64,000 nucleotides of DNA, taken from assembly GCA_037447605.1 (NCBI GenBank), contig CM074808.1, positions 1,488,001 to 1,552,000 of the forward strand, given 5' to 3'. The notes under the pieces were generated by a model. It was not told the origin of the DNA, did no database searches, and worked only from the letters and a program-made list of their open reading frames with translations. Both the position numbers and the translations under genes were made by a program. Below are positions 59,246 to 64,000 of the stretch, piece by piece. Source of the DNA: Zygnema circumcarinatum SAG 698-1b (taxonomy: Eukaryota > Plantae > Zygnematophyceae). How positions within the stretch are numbered: the stretch's first letter is position 1; each line of letters opens with the position of its first letter.

Positions 59246-62200
59246 AAGAGAGGGGAGAGAGAGAGAGACTTGCAGGCAAGAAATAAAAATTTCTACTAAA
59301 GTTGCGATTTCCATTGCAATACACATGTGGTTTCTTCAAAAAGCAGGGAAGTTCTGTTGGAGAAGCACCTGCAGAATTTTGCTTTTCGCATCAGGTGTGA
59401 GCACGAAGGGAGCCTGTCCGCCCCGCAGGAGGAGTGAGGCTATCAGAAACGATAAGGCAGAGAAGAAAACCCAAGTCCACACATGATGGGCTTTAGGGAG
59501 CCCACCTGGCAAAAGGACACAAGGGGAACTAAATTCGCCTGTTCACCATCCAGTTTTCGCCACTTTAAGTACTCGTCCTGCTTCACAGAAAAGCGTACAA
59601 AAAGGCATTTGAAGCGTCAATATGAGAGCAGCTTCTCTAGCAAGGAAGAAGATTGTGGTTAGGTTCAGAGTGAAGCATAACAAAGGCAAATTACAGGTCC
59701 GGCTGAACGAGGGAGTGGGCTGACTTTGAGACTGGCCCGGGTGCTGATGGAATGGCTGTAAAAGTCGGATGCAGGAAGCTGCCCACCCTCCTTGTTTGCA
59801 TCGTAAAGAATTGAGAGCACCTGCACAAGGGAAGCAGATAACATGAGATGCTTAGGAAAAGGACTCGCCATGCTTACAACATGCTCAAAGATTGGAGGAT
59901 TAAGAATTGCTGGAGACCATACATTGACTGCGTTGGCAATGTGATGGGGAATCGCGCTGTCTCCAAGAGCATCCTCTCTGTTAGGTTCAGAGAGGCCCAA
60001 CCCACAACCATTATCGACGTCAAAGTACAAGAAAAACTCTGCACTTGCTCAATTCAAGAAACATGCTATTCTGGTTTCTGGCAAAAGAAAAGAAAACGAA
60101 AAAAACCCAAGTCTACACATGGCCCTCACGATAGTGGTCGCATATGGGTCCGGAATAGTTGAACTTGCCTATTGGATATGAAGCGATGGAGTCCACGAAC
60201 AAATCTTCCGCCAAAAATGTCTTTTGGGTATGTCTTCAGCCACCCAACGAGCACCTGTATGCCCCAAATTACCACCCATCAAGCGTAGCCCTGCCCCTCT
60301 CACATCCTCTCTCACAGGCAGAAAGGATCCTTTTGAATAAACCTCCTGCAAAGATTAAAAGTCTTTTCATGTTGACTTCAATGGGTGAAGTGTTAAAGGT
60401 CTCGTTTGATGTAAGAGAGAGATGTGAGTGATGTGAAAGTGAAAGACTCACAGTTCGAGCAGAGGGAGAAATCTTTGCCAACACATCGCAGAGGCGAACA
60501 GAGACAGCATCTCCCACTCTGCAAAGCATGGGCCGCAGTCAGGAGAGCTTGGCTTCAAACACAAGTCTGCGAGTAAAGAAGATTGCCATGGAGTTGTACG
60601 GATCCAGCAAAATCAATGGAAGATTACCCTCTCTCCCCTAGCAGGGGATTTTGCAGCAGCACCAATATTGCCTGCACAAGTAGACAGATACAGACAATTA
60701 AAAAAAAAAAACCAATAAAATGATTGGCTTCATTGGATCTTTGACCAATAACTTAGAACTACAAGCTCTCTACTTTTCCCTTATAGCCATTGATCTGTTA
60801 AGGATGGAAGGTGAACCCAAAATGAGGAGCCTGCTAATCAAAACTTGCCAATCAATAGCATACTGATGATTGGCCTTTGGGTTGAAACTGAACAAAGCCC
60901 AGTCTAGAAGTCACGCTTCCTTTGGGTCCGCTAAGCAATTTCGGTTACGGCATTTAAGGTGAAAAATTAAAAGGTGTTAGACTGAAGCTGGAAAAAAATC
61001 ACTTTGTGAGCCCCAAGAGTGGGCTAGACCCCCTCTCCATCTTTTTGGGGGCGATCGCACAACACATACTTTCCGTTTCACAACTAGCACATCTTAATAG
61101 CACGTGAAACATGGCGGCTTTGCACCACTCCTTGGTCAATGTGCCTCTAGTCCTCATGCAAAGGCTCAGGAAGCAACAACATGTACGCAAAGCTGTGATG
61201 CAACAACCCCCCTTTGAAAGAGTCCACTGCTCGAGCTCTAAGTGTTTGCCAGACCCATATATGTGAGTAAAGCGGAATTTCGGAGATAGCCGCACCCGTG
61301 TCCACCGCGAGTCCGGCACGCGCGCCACGTGGCGGTCAACGCTCTCCAGAAGTCTCCCCATGGCGGCTGCCAGCCTGGCCAGAACCTGCGCAGGTTAGGG
61401 GCACAGCATCGCTCAGAGGTGAAACAAAGCATCGTCACAGAGCTCTGAGAGAGGTCATCAGTCTTCGGACAGTTTTTCAATGTACAGGGGAGAAAGCACG
61501 CTGAGCAGAAATAGCCTGAAAACGAATGCATGAGTGGGAACACGGGCTCTACTTTGAGTTAGGGACTAGCCTAATAGCCCAATAGCTTCTTTGGGGTAGT
61601 GATTAGGGCTTAGGGTGAAGGACAGGCAAAGATTTTTTTCTCATATTTCATTCACACTACTATCATTTCCTCCACCCTCGAACACCTATTCAAGAGCTAT
61701 TCGTACATCGCCTCTAAAGGTACCAAATTCCAATACCTGGGAACGAAGCAAACCTCCTCCCTTGAACCTTGAGCCTTCAATGGATGAACTGTGAGGTAAA
61801 GGAAACTGGATGAGTCTCCCTGTTGTCAACTCTACGATCTATCCTATTGTACCTTGTGGCAAGGAGGGAGGGGGGTCTGGCCTGAGGATCATAGAGCTCA
61901 AGCAAGCCTTGGTACACCTCCTTTATTCTCTCCAGATGCAGCCCGGGCCCTTCCTTTGCTTGCCCTGCTGCCCCTCAAGGAAACATTCAAACTGCTCCAT
62001 TATCGCACAGCAAACCTGAGAGCGACATATAGGGGGTCATTCACAAAATCTCTCAAAGCAGACCCATGCAGAGAACAGGCCTGTCTTATGCGAATTCTGT
62101 GGCTTGCATGTCACAAGCACAAACACAAACATAAACACGAGATGAAGCTTGCCATGTGAGCACCTTCAATAGCAGGTGCGTTCAGCTTGAACTGTTCCAC

Positions 62201-64000
62201 AAGAAACTTGGCGGAGGAAAACACATCCTCGATTCCATGCATCAACGACGCAGTTGCGTGCCCAAAAGCTCTCGCTTCCTGCATCCCGACAAGTTAAGAA
62301 AAGCCAACACCTCGCTTTACCTCCGTACAACACACCACCACCACTCGCTAGATGGATTTCGTACAAACCCGCAACATAAACATAAACTGCACAGATCAGG
62401 CGAACATAGGATTGCTTTTACTCATCCAAACACCCCATGCCATTCAGCAGTGTCTCTAATTGGCATGAAGGAATGAAAAACATAGAATGTGGCACTCACA
62501 ATAAGAAGAGACGAGAGCTGCTCCATCCTCCTCGCCTGCAGACCCGTCCCATATGCAGATCCTGCATGCTGAAGGACTGCCTCTGATGATATCTCTTCAA
62601 CAGCTACTGACGGCTTTTCAATAAGGAAAGAAGATTCTTCCGCAGCATTGGGAGCAGGCTCTGAAGTCTCTATGGCTTGGGAGGTTTTCTCTTTCGCATG
62701 GAGTTGTTCCGTTAAAGAACTATGAGCCCCATCTCTTCGAAGGCAATCATCAGCTTGTGAAGTTGGATCATTCTCCATTCTGATCTCTGCTGGTTGCAGA
62801 CTTTCTCCATTTTCTATGGAACCCTCATCAACCTCCATCAGAGTATGGTCACCCTCATCACTCGTTCTCGATGTTTTTCTGTACACCACACACCACCATA
62901 TCTCTCACATAGAACTCAGAAGTTATGCTATGTTTAGTGCATAGCATTGATTCACTTATAAAGGCGTAACTATGAGTTTCCAATGAATTCGATCAAGAAA
63001 GCTAAAGCTCACTATATTCCTAGGCCAGAAAGATGAATGAAATTTCAAGAACGAATGAAGTGAGCACGGATTGCAGAAGTCAAGCGAGTCAGAATCAAAG
63101 AATCCAAGTTAGGAGTTCCAACCTTGATGAATTGTGAGTCTCCTTTTGGCGAATCTCGCCATAGACCGCAAGTGAGTGCTCGCCACCTCCCACCACAAAG
63201 AGAAGCCGTCGAGAGGAGTCGGTTGGCAGCCCCTGAATAGGAATAGGATATGCTTGCACTGCTCTGTAGTGCTACCCACCACCGCCATCGTGACTCAGCT
63301 TCTCTGAAGGAATGACAATAGTATTTTAAGTCTCAAATGTTCTCAAGGAAGACGCGAAGTAAAACTGCTCGTTCTAACAACTGTTGGGACTTACCTATCC
63401 ACTCTCCCAAGCTGGAATTGCTCTCCATCGCCCCACCCGAACATGCGCAGCCCTTTGTTTACCAAAGCCAACGAATGCCGAACTCCGGCAGATATTTGTA
63501 CCACCTCCTCCCCAATGAAAGCATCGACTCTCTTGGGTACAGTCTGATCTTCGGTAGTTCCATGGCCCGTCTGACCCCAGTGTCCTCTGCCCCACTGCAC
63601 CACAATTAAACGGTCGAATCAACACAACGACGAGGGCAGAGAGATGAAAATCCCAGAATCCTGCAAACCCATTGTTCTGCAAACTCCGCTTCTGATCACG
63701 TGCAATTCGCGATACGGGACACACTAATTGGTCAAACCAATGTCCCATGTATTGGCGGGTTTTACCTCACTTCAACCAATGACACCTCGCAGGTCTGACC
63801 AACTAACTTCACAGACTATTCCACAGAATGTAGCTTTCCTGCTTAGGTCATAAAACTTCATTTGCATGAGATGAATCGCCAATGGAACAGAGCCCCTCCT
63901 CCTGTCTCTGCGAGCTTACAGTGAGCAGCGAGCCCTCAGTAGTGAGGGCCATTGTGTGATCACCCCCACATGAGATTTGCGCCACACTTTTCTCCGTGAG
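55779..64000 (-). CDS. HERC-type E3 ubiquitin ligase (RCC1 repeats plus HECT); 5' end lies outside the window
   Basis: RCC1 repeats ([14 protein letters not shown]; [12 protein letters not shown]...[14 protein letters not shown]; [11 protein letters not shown]), a middle region (LLQNPLLGE; SFCQ|[15 protein letters not shown]) and a HECT domain: [11 protein letters not shown]...DLKKPLK / [18 protein letters not shown] / LAIYNG / [10 protein letters not shown] / [12 protein letters not shown] / [13 protein letters not shown] / [16 protein letters not shown]...GFGLQ*, with the catalytic Cys present. Confidence 0.95.
59116..59270. repeat. GA-rich low-complexity tract in a HERC intron
   Basis: Seen directly. 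Confidence 0.9.

Noticed and set aside
1-64000. Horizontally acquired, viral or prokaryotic defence systems; tRNA or rRNA genes
   Set aside because: All recognised genes are plant-type, most are spliced, and no operon, phage, giant-virus, tRNA cloverleaf or rRNA sequence was found by eye.

Overview
Gene-dense eukaryotic nuclear DNA from a green plant. A streptophyte alga such as a zygnematophyte is likely; this is inferred from the gene set, the short introns, the plant-type snRNA promoter and the root-cap-domain gene, and it is not proven. I traced about 15 protein-coding genes by hand-splicing: DCC-family oxidoreductase (first exon), a 729-aa membrane-anchored low-complexity protein, an unknown gene, plastid 16S dimethyltransferase (PFC1/KsgA), a small conserved membrane protein, FKBP12, a CLD1-like alpha/beta hydrolase carrying an HMA-like domain, plastid RPL4, a GT37 fucosyltransferase, an ANKRD13-like protein, an orphan secreted acidic protein, an ABCI19/21-like ATPase, a PDS-like FAD oxidoreductase, a root-cap-domain protein and an RCC1-HECT (HERC-type) E3 ligase. 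There is also one U2 snRNA gene. The most notable unannotated signal is a pair of 145-nt paralogous box H/ACA snoRNAs in consecutive introns of the hydrolase gene, whose two guide pockets match one short stretch of 18S rRNA. Other notable items are a Cys-less HMA-like domain fused to the hydrolase, at least four GC-AG introns, and recurring promoter islands dense in CCGTAC, G-box and RY motifs. No prokaryotic, viral or CRISPR system was seen. All homology calls come from recalled family motifs, with no database searches. Exon boundaries and most motif coordinates are approximate.
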